Positions 25,489-37,566 of a DNA stretch of 64,000 nucleotides are shown here, one piece after another. Where the stretch lies: assembly GCA_038496445.1 (NCBI GenBank), contig JALMLS010000321.1, positions 124,001 through 188,000 of the forward strand, given 5' to 3'. This DNA is from Trichosphaerium sp. ATCC 40318 (Eukaryota; Protista; Tubulinea). A program made the translations under genes and the position numbers. Position 1 is the stretch's first letter; each line of letters starts with the position of its first letter. Below the pieces are notes generated by a model. It searched no databases, was not told the DNA's origin, and was given only the letters and a program-made list of their open reading frames with translations.

Positions 25489-26547
25489 TTAATCTTCTAA
25501 AGTCCATCCACCATAAGTCTTTTTATATGATTCACGTTCCATAAGACGTTCCATATACGCTCTACAATTAGGTAGTTCTTTAGGATCGAGCATTTTCATA
25601 ACACCAGCTGCAAGCAAGTCATAACTAAAAATACATTGTTAGCAAAAACACGCACGTGAAAAAAAACAAAAGAACAACAGATTTTCTTGTTTGTGAAGAG
25701 TGACGAAGAAAATAATGAGAATTTCAGTTTTGTTGTACCCAATAGAAATATCAACTGCAGAGAATTTATCACCTAATAACCATGTCTTTCCTTTAAGAGC
25801 ATTTTCTAGTACAGGACCACAAGTACTCTTCCATCGTTTTGTTTGTTTATCCATTAAGTCTTGGTTTGGTTCCTTTTTTTCTCTCTCCAAAAACATTGGT
25901 GCAGTGATATGATACATTGTAGCAGGTCCATAAGTCATCTATAAAAGAAAGAAATAAGAATTATTGTACTACAAAATAACTGTAACAGACACAAATTCCA
26001 ACAACAAAAGCGTTGTAATAACAAAAACCCAAAAATGTTGTTTCTCTTGTATCTCAAAACTACGCACCCACTGATAAAACAACGCTCTATTAACGGTATC
26101 CGAGTATTTAGGATGCAGTTTAAAGTCTAATAAAAGCATAAAGATAACGAATAACAAACAGACGAAGTTCAAAGAAAACTTGTCAAGAAAAAAGCTGTTA
26201 CTGGCCTCACCTTTATCGTACTTGTCCAACAAGTACATACATATAGCGCTCGATTCTGTGAGTGTAATCTCATCATTGATAAATACTGGACAAGTCCCAT
26301 TAGGGTTCAGTTTAAGGTATTCTTCGGTTTTAAGATACTCTGGCTTGTCAAAGCTGATGATGTCGATTGGTAGCGATAGTTCGTTAATAATCTATTAATT
26401 TGATTAGGCGTATGGTCTTTCTTATGCGTAAGCAATTGTTTACAAGCGTTATTCGATCGTTTAAAATTGTTTAGCTGATTTTACCTGCATTGGCCTACTG
26501 GAGCTCCAAAAAGGCTTATGGTAGAGTTTGCCTTCGAACTTGGCCAT
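25489..26547 (-). CDS. Glutathione S-transferase
   Basis: MAKFEGKLYHKPFWSSSR, YLKLNPNGTCP, LTESSAICMYL, WLLGDKFSAVDI. Confidence 0.9.
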
Positions 26548-26959
26548 TTTAATACTGCTTTGAATGATTGAGAGATAGAAAGACTGGAAAAAATGATTAC
26601 TTTCATTGAAAGTAAAATAATGTCAACACCTGATAACAAATGCACTTTTATTTTAGCGCCTTCAGTTTGATAGATTCGCTGTTAAGTACTTTATGGCACT
26701 TGCCACTTTAAAACGTTAGTCGCTATACAGTTACTTGTCACCTGTTCTATCAAATTGCATAACTCGCCTCACCTCAATCCGGATTAAGGCAATTAGGTTA
26801 TGCATGTCCTCCAATTTTATTATTTAGACACATGCTCTTTTTTTCTGATTTTAAACCATTTGGCAGCGTACTCACAGTCACGTGTTTTTAGAAAAGTGTA
26901 GAGAAAAATGGCGGATAAACTCTGTTGAAATAAGATCTTTGGTTTATTAGTAGCTTACA

Positions 26960-27906
26960 CTAGTGATATCCATTCTTTGAGAAACGGTCAAAGTTGAGCT
27001 TAAGTTCATCAAGTACAACAAAAGCGTCTTGAACAGGAAACACAGCAATTGTCTTAAAATCGGGGTCAGAATTTCTTGTTGCACGTGACCAAAAATGAGG
27101 ACCGCTACCATCAGAATTTAAGTAACTAAAGTCAAAAGAATGGATACATGGATGACCATTTCCTTTACCCACCAAGACACAATCATCTTTTGTATCCAAC
27201 CCAATAGCACCCTCATCTCCTGATTTCGATGTTGAAAGGTACAAGAGACTACCACTCTTTGATTCCCAAACAGATTGCTGCAAAGCACCCATAAACGAGT
27301 CGCTATCACCTGTAGGCCATAAAGGCTCCCAGTTGATATTACTATCATAAGTATCAGGGGGAACGTCAACAACCACAGTCTTTATAAGCGTCCATTCTTC
27401 TTTTTTTGAATTCTCTATCATTCTCAAATATTTCTTACATGATCCTCCTTCGTTTGTTGACATGTTTTTGTCGACATACTTTGGCCTTTTTCCAGATAAT
27501 ATAGGTTCACGGGGAGGTATACCCGGAAAGGGAGGACCCCTGTAATCCACTATATCGAGAACCACGTTATCCCAATTCAATAGTCCTACAAATACAACTT
27601 AACATTTTCCGAAGTGACGTTTTGCTTTTTGTGTTCCACAAGACACGTGCCTTGTTTGATTTTCTTAGCAAATGTCTTGTTGTCATAAACAATAGCGTAA
27701 AACCTCTTGTTAACGAAACATAACGTTCTAAGACTTTTACATAGCAAGTTTGTCATTATTTCTATCCATATTTCGTTTGGGCACAGTGAATTAGGGCTAA
27801 CATCTATACAAGCAAAGTTTTGCTTTTTCTCGAAGAGGCGCTTTGGTTTTTCGTTTCCTGCGGTACCGGTAGTCGGTCTACGAGCAATTTGCTTTGTGCG
27901 GGCCAT
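26960..27906 (-). CDS. F-box protein with histone H3-like N-terminus; one intron with a GC donor
   Basis: MARTKQIARRPTTG start; F-box LCPNEIWIEIMTNL..KSLRTLCFVNKRFY; second exon matches ORF 26960-27580. Confidence 0.75.
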
Positions 27907-28332
27907 TACGCTGTGTTTTAAAGATCAACTGGTAACAAACTTAACTGGCAAGTGAACTAGGCCTTAGGTTCTTGCAAGTAAACATCAATAGGTTAAGTAT
28001 TTCCAACCATCTTGCAACATACGTACGCAGTTGGAAGTAACTGACTGTAAAAAAGTTGGCTTTTTATGTGTAGTCAGCAATCAAAATGCCCGCTTTTGTT
28101 TCTAGCCAATGCTATGTTTAACAGCGCCATACAAAAATGAAAACTGGTGCAAAAAATGACTGGTTGTCTAGTCCCTTGGAACGAGAAGCAGCACATGCAA
28201 ATTGAAAAGGCAAATATATTGTTTGACATTGTGTTTCAGAAAATGAGTTGATTGATGCATACGTGTTGCTTTTATTTAATACCCCTGGTTGTACGCTCAC
28301 AAGACTTACAACAAACTTCACATACAGCTAAA

Positions 28333-30149
28333 TTACTTTGATGCTCCGTTGAGCATTCTTTTCCAATACAAAGACGTTGCCATATCGACGTTAAACCTAA
28401 ATTATCATGTCTTGACTTAATTTTTCCTGTTTCACTATCCATCACAAAAAGGACTTTAGCGCATGTAACAAGTAGGACATCTATTTAAAGAATTAAAAAA
28501 AGCAAAACGAATGCACGTGTTAAAAACCAATAACTTAGTTGCAAAAAAGAGGTTTTCTTCAAAATCGGAAAAAACCAAGATATCATGGTAGCGTTTAAGC
28601 CTGTAGTTGGAAACTAATATCTTCTGTGGTGCGAAAGAGGCTCGGTAAATACTGTTTAATAACATACCTTTACGTTTGACAATACTAACAAAGCAATCAC
28701 GTGCACTTAAGAACATGCTACCTCCTTTAAATAACTTAACATGCCAAACTGGTTTGCCTCCTTTTAACTCAAATGCAGTAACACCAGCACATGCTCCTAC
28801 TATAACATACCTACCATATAGTACCATGGTAGATCCAAGGACTAAATATTTTAGCGTGTAAGCGTTTACGATGAAGAAAAATAGAAACAAGAAGTGTTTG
28901 GCGTACAAGAGTATTGTCCTCTGCCTTTTCTTTTCCATACTTCCTTAAGATCTTTTGAAGAAAAGGCACTAACTTGATTCTTCCCTGATACATATACCAT
29001 ACCATCATGACTTAGATGAGGCATTTGAGGCTTAGCAGTAGTAACAAACGCTTGTTGTTTAACCTAAACATAAAAATTAGTAAGAACAAAAACAAGCTCA
29101 AATAAAAACAACTCCCAAAACAATGAGCCAGCACTTTAACAACCGCACAAAAACCCAATACTGCAAAAAATCATGATGATACCATGATCAGGTGCTTATT
29201 ACAGATTTAAGGGTTTCCTCAAACACTATAATACCTCCAAGAGGTGAAATAAAAACCAAATCAAAGTATTTTTACCTCTTTTCCATTTTTAGGGTCCAAG
29301 TAGTATATACTCCCAAAGCATGTTACTAATAAATACTCACCTGATCCTTCTACTGACATCATAGACATACTTATTCCATCAAGTACATTTAAGCGATTTA
29401 GCCACCCATTTCTAACAAAAAGTTAAGAACTCTTTCTTTTTTTTAGGCCTATTGTCTTACATAAACCTATTCTCCCATATAACATCGCCTGTGCTCTTTT
29501 TAAGAGCACGTATAGTAACTGTACGACCAACATAAATAATATCTTCATGGACCAAAATAGTTGCGACAGAATCTGCAATGTGTCAAAATGTCAAAGCTTG
29601 AAAGTGAACCCAAAAAAAAAAAAAAAACATACCAGCAACATAGAGCGAAGGCTTGCCCAGGAATAACTTCCATAAGCATTTACCACTATCCTTATTTATC
29701 ATGAAGTACTTCAAGTCACAAGACATGAATATCTTGTCATCATCAACAAAACTAATCAACGTGTAACGATGAGCTTTTTTGTCTTTTTTTTTCGAAAGTT
29801 AGTTTCGAAGCAAGATATACAAACGCTGTTGTACCTTCTCTACCGTCGAAAGTCCATATATTACCACCGTTTCCAGGGCTTAATTTAGAAAGCGTGCCTC
29901 GATAGCCGATATATAACGAACGACCGTCGCTAAGGCGTGTAAGGGTTTAATAAGGTAAACGACGGCGTACCACGCGAGTGCTGCAGTATTTGTGCTTGAA
30001 TACCAAGCGCGTATGCTTTTAGCTATATCCATGCGCCATATGACGCTCATATCTATAGTATCGAATGCCAGAACATTAGATTGGTCTGTAATAAACAGAA
30101 TTTCATTCAAAGGCACTTTTTTGCCTGCTTGATGCGAAGATAGCTCCAT
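28333..30149 (-). CDS. PQQ-like/BamB-like beta-propeller repeat protein
   Basis: Repeated units such as VLAFDTIDMSVIW, KDSGKCLWK, ALKKSTGDVIW and TAFELKGGKPVW across many short exons. Confidence 0.65.
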
Positions 30150-31556
30150 AGAAGGCCAATTACGCTATGTAATCAACTAATTTGTAATATATGCTAACGC
30201 ATGCCGGTTTAGGCTACTAAACTATACAAGCTATACAGCGCTAAGTGTCTATACCCGAAAGTGGGAATTCTGCAACAAAATGTCTGCAAACAGTCTTTGC
30301 TATTCCTAATTTGACTATCCGGCCAACAAATACATCCCTAATACGTATCTATTTGCATTTGGAGGTACAGCGTTGATGAAACCCAAGGTGGATTAGGTGC
30401 CCTTCCAAGGCACTTTAACAACAAGGACGCGCCAATTGAAGCGTTGTGTGTGAGAAGCTATTGAGATCGACTTTTATGAAGAGCAATCCTCAGATTCATC
30501 CAATTTTGTTTTGTAATTTACATTATTTGTTTAAACTACCACTGTCATGTACCAAAGCTACTGGAATTGATATCAGTGCTTTAGAAAGTAGCGCTCAGTC
30601 ATAGTTGAGTTAGTTAGGGTAGCGAGAAGCTCAAAAAATGGAGCTTGTTTTTAGAAATCATGTTTATTAGTCTACATAGTTTGGTCACTTTTTTAAGTCT
30701 GGTCCCTTTTTGGGTTCCTGTCTATGCCCTCGAGTTCAACTCACGAGCATGTTGGCAAATAGCGCATGAAGCACACCACATAAGGATACAGCAATCGCCG
30801 CAACTAGGGTTTAAAATCAACAAAAAGGCAAAAATTTCCAAAAAAACCGCTTTTGAAGATGAAACGGTTGTCACGTGTTTATACAAAAAGGACCCAATCG
30901 ATTTTTTAAGTTTTTGGGTAAAGGGAGAAATGGGTAACCCGAAAAGCTGTGAATAGACTCTATTCGCGAAAACAAGGAGAGCTGTGCGAGGCGATAGAAA
31001 AAAAAAGCGAAATTAGAAAATATAGCTCACTTGGAATATTGCATCCCGTATTTCGCTCTTATCTGCTGTCTCGTAAAGTATATCAGATTTGTACTACCTA
31101 AACAGCAATCGCAGAAAGTACACTCTCTTTCGTCTGCGTTTGCCTTGTTTTTGGCGATCTGGAAGCAAGGCACGAACCTAGAAAATTATCTTTAACTTTT
31201 GAGGTATTGTGTTAAACAAGGAGATTTTTGGCTACATACCACGTGATCACACAAACAGAGCAGTCATCAAAACAACCGCATAAGCCTTCTTCAAAGTCCG
31301 TCATTGTTATTGTAGTATTTTTTTAGTGTTATGGCGGGTCAACGACTCCACTTAAGAGGACTTAGCTGGATTTCGACTTAACCGAGCGAGTGTGAAAGAA
31401 AAAGGATTGTGATACTCTAGCAGTTTTTTAATGTTAATAGTAGTGTTATTATACATGAGATGCACAGTTCACCCGGGTTGCCTAATCGAACGTGACTTAT
31501 TCTGCCTTACTTAGCTAAAAAGCTGTCAGACTGGACGCTCTTGGCGCAATGTCACT

Positions 31557-33481
31557 ATGAGAGTGGTTAATTGTACAAGCTGGCGCATAAATCGCTTGAC
31601 ATGTCCTCATACTTCGAGAATACGCCATTACAAGCGGTCATACAGTAACGTAACGTAATGCAAACGATTACAATGATTTTAAACGTATTTTAGCACAGTA
31701 AACCTTCAAAAAACGTAAAACAACAATCCCCGGTGCTCTTACGGCGTTTTGTGCGCCAATGGCTCACTCAGTACTTTGCAAACGCAAAAGTAGTCGCAAG
31801 CATGCCTAAACCAATCAATTTCACATCTCTTAAAGGAGAAAGCGGCTATCGCGTATGTTTATAGTACAAAACGCAACTTATAAGCGATTTGAACAACAAA
31901 AAGCGCTAACTTCTTTCAGAAAGCTCTATACGACGCTTATGATGTAGCAGGTGGATTTCTAACGCCAGTTGAAATATTTAAACCTCATTACGCAAATGCA
32001 GTAGCAGAGCACGTGATTTTTTTCGGAACAAGAGCGAAACGACACGGAACCTTGTCTTCTTACTTTTTTTTCTAGATGCATGTTACAAACTTTGCAAAAT
32101 CTTGGTCACTATAGCGACAGGAATATACGCTTCTCTTCTAAATCACCACTACATATTTTAGAGGTACTTTAGAGAGTTTTTTAATCACCTGCGTGTTATT
32201 GATTGTGAGGTTTGTGGTTAGGCAGGAGGCGGTAACGGAACTTTGGCAAGTGGGATTTTAGATTATTTGCAAGTGAATCATCCACGTTTGTATGAAGTTA
32301 CACGTTATACAATCACAGATATTAGTGCTGCATTAGGTGCTCAACAGATTAAAGCTGCAAAGAAAAGACATGAGAGTAAATTACGTATTATAACAAGAGA
32401 TGTTTTGGAATGGGACACTCAAATTAAGAATACTGGGTTTTTTCTTGGGTTAGAGATTTTGGATAATTTACCTCATGATAAGCTTGTCTTCAATAGCACT
32501 AAGAAGTGCATTATGGAGACTAGTATTGAGGTTACTGGTTCTATAGATTCACCAGTATACACTGAAGTGTATAAGCCTGTATCAGACCCATTTATTGTTG
32601 AATGTCTCAAAGATTTCGCAAAGCTTTATAATATTTCTGAGAAGGGTGTTGAAGAACAGAATGGTGATGATGTTAAGGCATTATGGGATCGTATTACAAA
32701 ACCTAAAGGTATTGAGAATAATACAAGAGACTTATTCTCTTCATGGATGAGCCCTGAGGTACATGGTCTAGCGCAATGATATTTTTTGATAAGCCACTTT
32801 TTTGTTAATCTGTTTTTTTGTACAGAAATGGTCGGGTGTCTTTAGAAGTGCACCAAGTTCTTTCTTTTTACCTTCTGGCGCAATTAAACTTTTTAAAGTA
32901 CTTAAAAAGAATCTACCAGATCATTACGTAGTTCTATCAGATTTTGACTATCTACCAGACACGATGCTCGGTACGGACTTTCCTGCTAAATACTTTGTCA
33001 TTTCATATTTTTTTTTTATCCTTTATTTTCGTTTTTGCACTCATTCTTTTTTTAAAATAATGTTTATCACGTGATACAACCAATATTAACGTAAAATTTT
33101 GAAGCAAGGAATTTTAAGTAGTAAATAATAATGCCTGTGTTGAGCTTTCTTCTTTTATTCTTCTTTTTTTTTTGACATTTTTTTTAAGGTTGTAATGCTC
33201 CACTTGTTCAAAGAACTGTTGGAAATGATTCAAAGACATATTCTTCATACACAGAAGCACCTTTTGGTGATACAGATATTTTCTATCCAACAAACTTTAG
33301 TACACTTGAAGAAATTCATGAAATGTTCAAACCACAGGAACAACGTTCTTCTATTGTTTATAAGACAGAAAAATTTATGAATTGTTTTGCAAGATGTACA
33401 GAAACAGAGACAAAAACTGGGTATAACCCATTACTAAAGGATTTTACAAATACCAGCATATTCACAACTGTACAAAAATAA
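31557..33481 (+). CDS. Mitochondrial NDUFAF7/MidA-family SAM-dependent arginine methyltransferase homolog
   Basis: Arg-rich presequence; FLTPVEIFKPHY; GGGNGTLASGILDYL; LEILDNLPHD; SDFDYLP; GDTDIFYPTNF; GYNPLLKDFTNT. Confidence 0.85.
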
Positions 33482-33741
33482 ACTTTTTGATACGTCTGAA
33501 TATGAATTGAAATACGGATGTACAATACTTATTTTTTTTTTACTTTCCACACCCATAACTGATGTCTCAAGTACAAGAATTTACATTACTACAATACAAG
33601 TATTTTTTAAAACGTACATACAGTATAGTTTTTCCTAATTGGTAGTACGCAAGGAGTTGTTTAAAGGAAGATAACTCCAGTTTTTTTTTTTGAATCAAAA
33701 AGGTCAAAAAAGTGAAAAGAAGAAACTTCACACCACTTCGT

Positions 33742-36700
33742 TTAGATAAGGCCATTCATCCTTAAAGAAGTACCAATAAAAACAAGCTCTAGTTTCTTCA
33801 GTAGCTCCTTTTTAGAGAACTGAATCATGTGGAGGAAGGGATGCTTAAAAAAACAAAAAAGTAAGCTCAAAAAGTTGACCACATCGACAAAACAAAAAAG
33901 GTTTACCTGAGAAAGTTCGATGGCACTAGGACGATTGGTTGCATTGTGTTGAAAACACAGATTCATAAAGTCCAACATTTTACTTGACCAATTCATTTTA
34001 TCTCCCTTGGGTATACTTGGTGCACCACGTGTTGCAGTGTAGAACAACGCCTAATTTGAACAAGTAAATTACAATAATATTTGAGTTCTAATTGAGCTTA
34101 CCCTGAGAGGTCCGTATTCCCTGTATGGAGGATCGCCTGTCGCTAGTTCATAGGCTACACATCCTAATCCCCAGATATCTACTTTTGTACCATAAGGCAT
34201 TTTTCTAGTAACCTCAGGCGCCAACCAATAAGAGGTACCTACCTATAAAAAAAAGTTAGAAAACGTTGGTACGTTTTCTTCGTTACAACTTACCATTGAT
34301 GATGTTTTAGTTGATGTCTCCGTTGTAATTTGTTGCACAAGTCCCAGGTCAGCTAAAAACATACTATGGTCAATACAAGAATGGACACGTGGGCGTGATA
34401 TCGAATATTTGTTTTTTCTACTCACCTATTTTTACATCTCCGTTGAGGTTCAAAAGAATGTTCTAAAGAGCATTTCAGATAAATACAATAATGTATTCAA
34501 GGACTAATATATAAAAATAGATTACCTCTGATTTAATATCTCGATGAATAAGTTTACAAGAGTGCATGTAAGAGAGACCAAGACATATTTGACTTAAAAA
34601 ATATGCAATCTCATTTTCAGAAAGATACACCTAAAACAACGCCAACAGTTAGTCATCGACAATCTAATCTCGACAAATATTGTCAATATCATTATCAATT
34701 ACCTCATGACACAGATCACGTAGTGTTCCTCCATCACAATACTCCATAACCATCTAATGAATAAATCAGAAAAAAATCGGAATAGTGAAGGGTTTTTTTT
34801 TGACTAACCCATATTTCGCTGTTGTACTCATAGCACTCCAAGTAACTCACAACATTATTATGCTTACAAGATTTCATAGTTAATACTTCACTTGCTATAC
34901 TCGCTGAATCTTCTTCAAGCTTCTTGTGCATTATTTTGATAGCAACCTTTCTCATCAAAGCAAGAACAGGTAAGTACTTTTTTTTTTTCCCATTTAGGCG
35001 TCTTGTACCTTTTTGCCGTTTCGTTTGTCTTCAGCGATATATACATCACCAAAACCACTATTTGTTTGTTTAGAGTAAAGTATATAAAATTATTATGGGT
35101 TTACCCTTTTGATAGGAAGTTACGGTTCTTGTAATAACCTCTTGGGTTTGTATGAAGAAAGATTGCATTAATTTCACTTTTTGTAAATCTTCTTCTTTGA
35201 TGCTTTGTTTGTGGATTTGATTGACTCGCCTGATTAGAGAATATAGGTAAACTCTATATTTAAATCAATTAATAACACAATGAAAACGGATTTCAGGCCT
35301 ACAGAACAACAAGGTTAAGAAAAAAAAGTACGTGCCTTGTCTTCTCGTTTGCTTAAAAAATAAAGAGCATTGATGAATGTATTAAAGTGCTTCGCAACAA
35401 CTGCCTCGGTAAGTTGAGATCTGTTGAATTCTTTCAACAGCGCAGGGGATAAATTCTAGATAAGGGCATCAACAGTTGTAACAACTAAAAGAGGATCCAT
35501 TGATCGTATTTTTGGTTGAAGTAAAAAACAAGAACGAAAAAAAAAATTTCGAAATTAAGGTACCTTAAGTGTGTATTTTGTGCGTGCTAAATTAGCTGCG
35601 TGTTCTGCCTTCTTTGTAGCTATTATATCACCTATTACCTTTATGTTCCTATTTGCTTCTTCAATGACTCCAGCGCTCTATTTTTCTATCAGGTAGAGTA
35701 GCAACAAGAAAAAAAACAATCTTTACCTTAGAGCACTTAGAAAGTTCTTGAAGAACAGCCACAGATACGTCTTGAATTGGCCTGTTTTCAACTAAAGAGA
35801 ATGCAATCAAAGGTTTTAATGGAACAGGACCTAATAGGCATCACATTAGTTAAAAACGTCGCTTTGCTAAAACTTACCTTCAAGACCTATCTCCAAGATT
35901 GTGCGAAAATAGAGCTGCATGATATCATTGAAAGCATGTTCAGTAACAGCATATGCATCTCCTTTTTCAGGAAGAGCTATCTTTGGTTGTGGTGCAGGAC
36001 ATGTGATTGCATCAATGGTGAGGCCTTCTAGGTTTGTTTCTATTGTTTCAAGCGGGAACTCTGCCATGAACTATACGACATTAATTAGTCACTAATCAGA
36101 TTGGTTGGTTGATGTTTACCCTATCTATAGCCTTTCCCCATCTCTCCAATACCCACAATGCAGTTGGTTTGAGATGAATTGCTCTACGAAAAGCAGAACC
36201 CATCGCTGCAACAGTTGACACCTTCTTTGCAAATTCAACAACCCAATCCGCCTATAATACTATTAAACACACTATATTAGGTTAACAAAGGGAAAATAAG
36301 TACTTGGCGTTCTAAAGCACAACCCCACGTGACAATAGTATCAAAGTCGTTCGGATTAAGTGAATAAGCCTAAAAAAAAGTATTACTAATTGTATCTGTT
36401 TTACGTGCTTATACCTGTGCAAATTTAGCGTCTGATTGTGTAAATAATTCGCGAGAAGGCGTTGTAAGTGGGTAAGAAACCGCTGACCTCTTGGGTCCGC
36501 CTGAGAAGAGTAATTAATCCAAGACTATTTCCAGAAAAAAAAGAGAAGAATGCCTTACCTAGAATTATGTGCTGGTTTGCTGCCTGTACTGATAACGCAT
36601 CTGCCACTTTACGTAATGCAACTGGTGATTTTGGAGCAATCTTGAGAGCCTTATAACCGAGATTTAACATCAAGAGCAATAAAGAAAATTAAATGAATTT

Positions 36701-37462
36701 CGTACCTCTTCATACTTGTCCATACAAAGATCAAAGAAAGGTAGCTTATAATGTTGAGCTGTAATAAGCAATACGTCACCCCACATTAATAGAATCTGAT
36801 AATAATCAGTTAAAAGAAAGGTATTATATTGATCGTATTAGTGTACCTGAAGATCATCTGGAGCAAGGACAGAGGCTTGCTGGATATTACCAATAATGAA
36901 AAAAAGACATTCTTTGATCTTTGATTTCCAATGCTGTTTCATTGCGATTGATTAGTATACGTGGTTTTAACGCATTAATGCCCTAATTTTTTTCGGCAAA
37001 GTGTTCGGCTCCTTTCGCCGGTTTTTTGTAAAAAACGTACAACGTCATTTGCGCGGTTAGGTGACTCTTCAATCTCTTTTAGTTGTGCTTGGGTATAAGC
37101 GTATACGTGTTTGGCCCAGTTAAAGTATGTGTCGCGCGTTGGCGTGCCATTGCTAATTTCCGCGTCTAGAGGTTTAAGGGTAGCGCTTAGAGACAATGGG
37201 AAGCCCAAGTTCACATGTAGTTCTGGTTGTATTTCTTTCGCGTGTTTGCCGTTTTCTACAGCATCTACACCGTTTTCGGGAGGCGTAGCACCATTTGTGT
37301 CATTATTACCAACTGTTACGTTTGGAGTGTCTAATTTACATCAACAAAACCTTTATAATATCCAATGTAGAGCTCTTAAAACAAATTATGTACCCAACTG
37401 AACGGCTTGCTTGTCAGCATCTGTATTCTGTCCTAAACTCGACATACGTACTTCCTGGGCAT
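33742..37462 (-). CDS. STE20/PAK-like Ser/Thr kinase with N-terminal TPR-like helical repeats
   Basis: GGFGDVY, VAIKIM, HRDIKSEN, ADLGL, GTSYWLAPE, VDIWGLG; N-terminal repeats ALKIAP, AYSLNPNDFDTIVTWG. Confidence 0.85.
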
Positions 37463-37566
37463 GAGTTGAGTATTACTGTGATCTAAAAACAATGAGACTT
37501 TTACAAAATGCGAACAAACAGTCAAAACAATTAAACTAAGCTTTTAGCTGTTTCAGCATCATAACA

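Noticed and set aside
27850-27906. Possible histone H3 or CENP-A gene
   Set aside because: Similarity stops after ~16 residues and no histone fold follows; reported as a mimic instead
30804-30813. TAAACCCTA on the minus strand, a possible telomerase template or telo-box
   Set aside because: Single short AT-rich match plausible by chance, with no supporting structure
31470-31500. gggttgcctaa resembles part of SRP (7SL) RNA
   Set aside because: No helix-8 motif or Alu domain nearby
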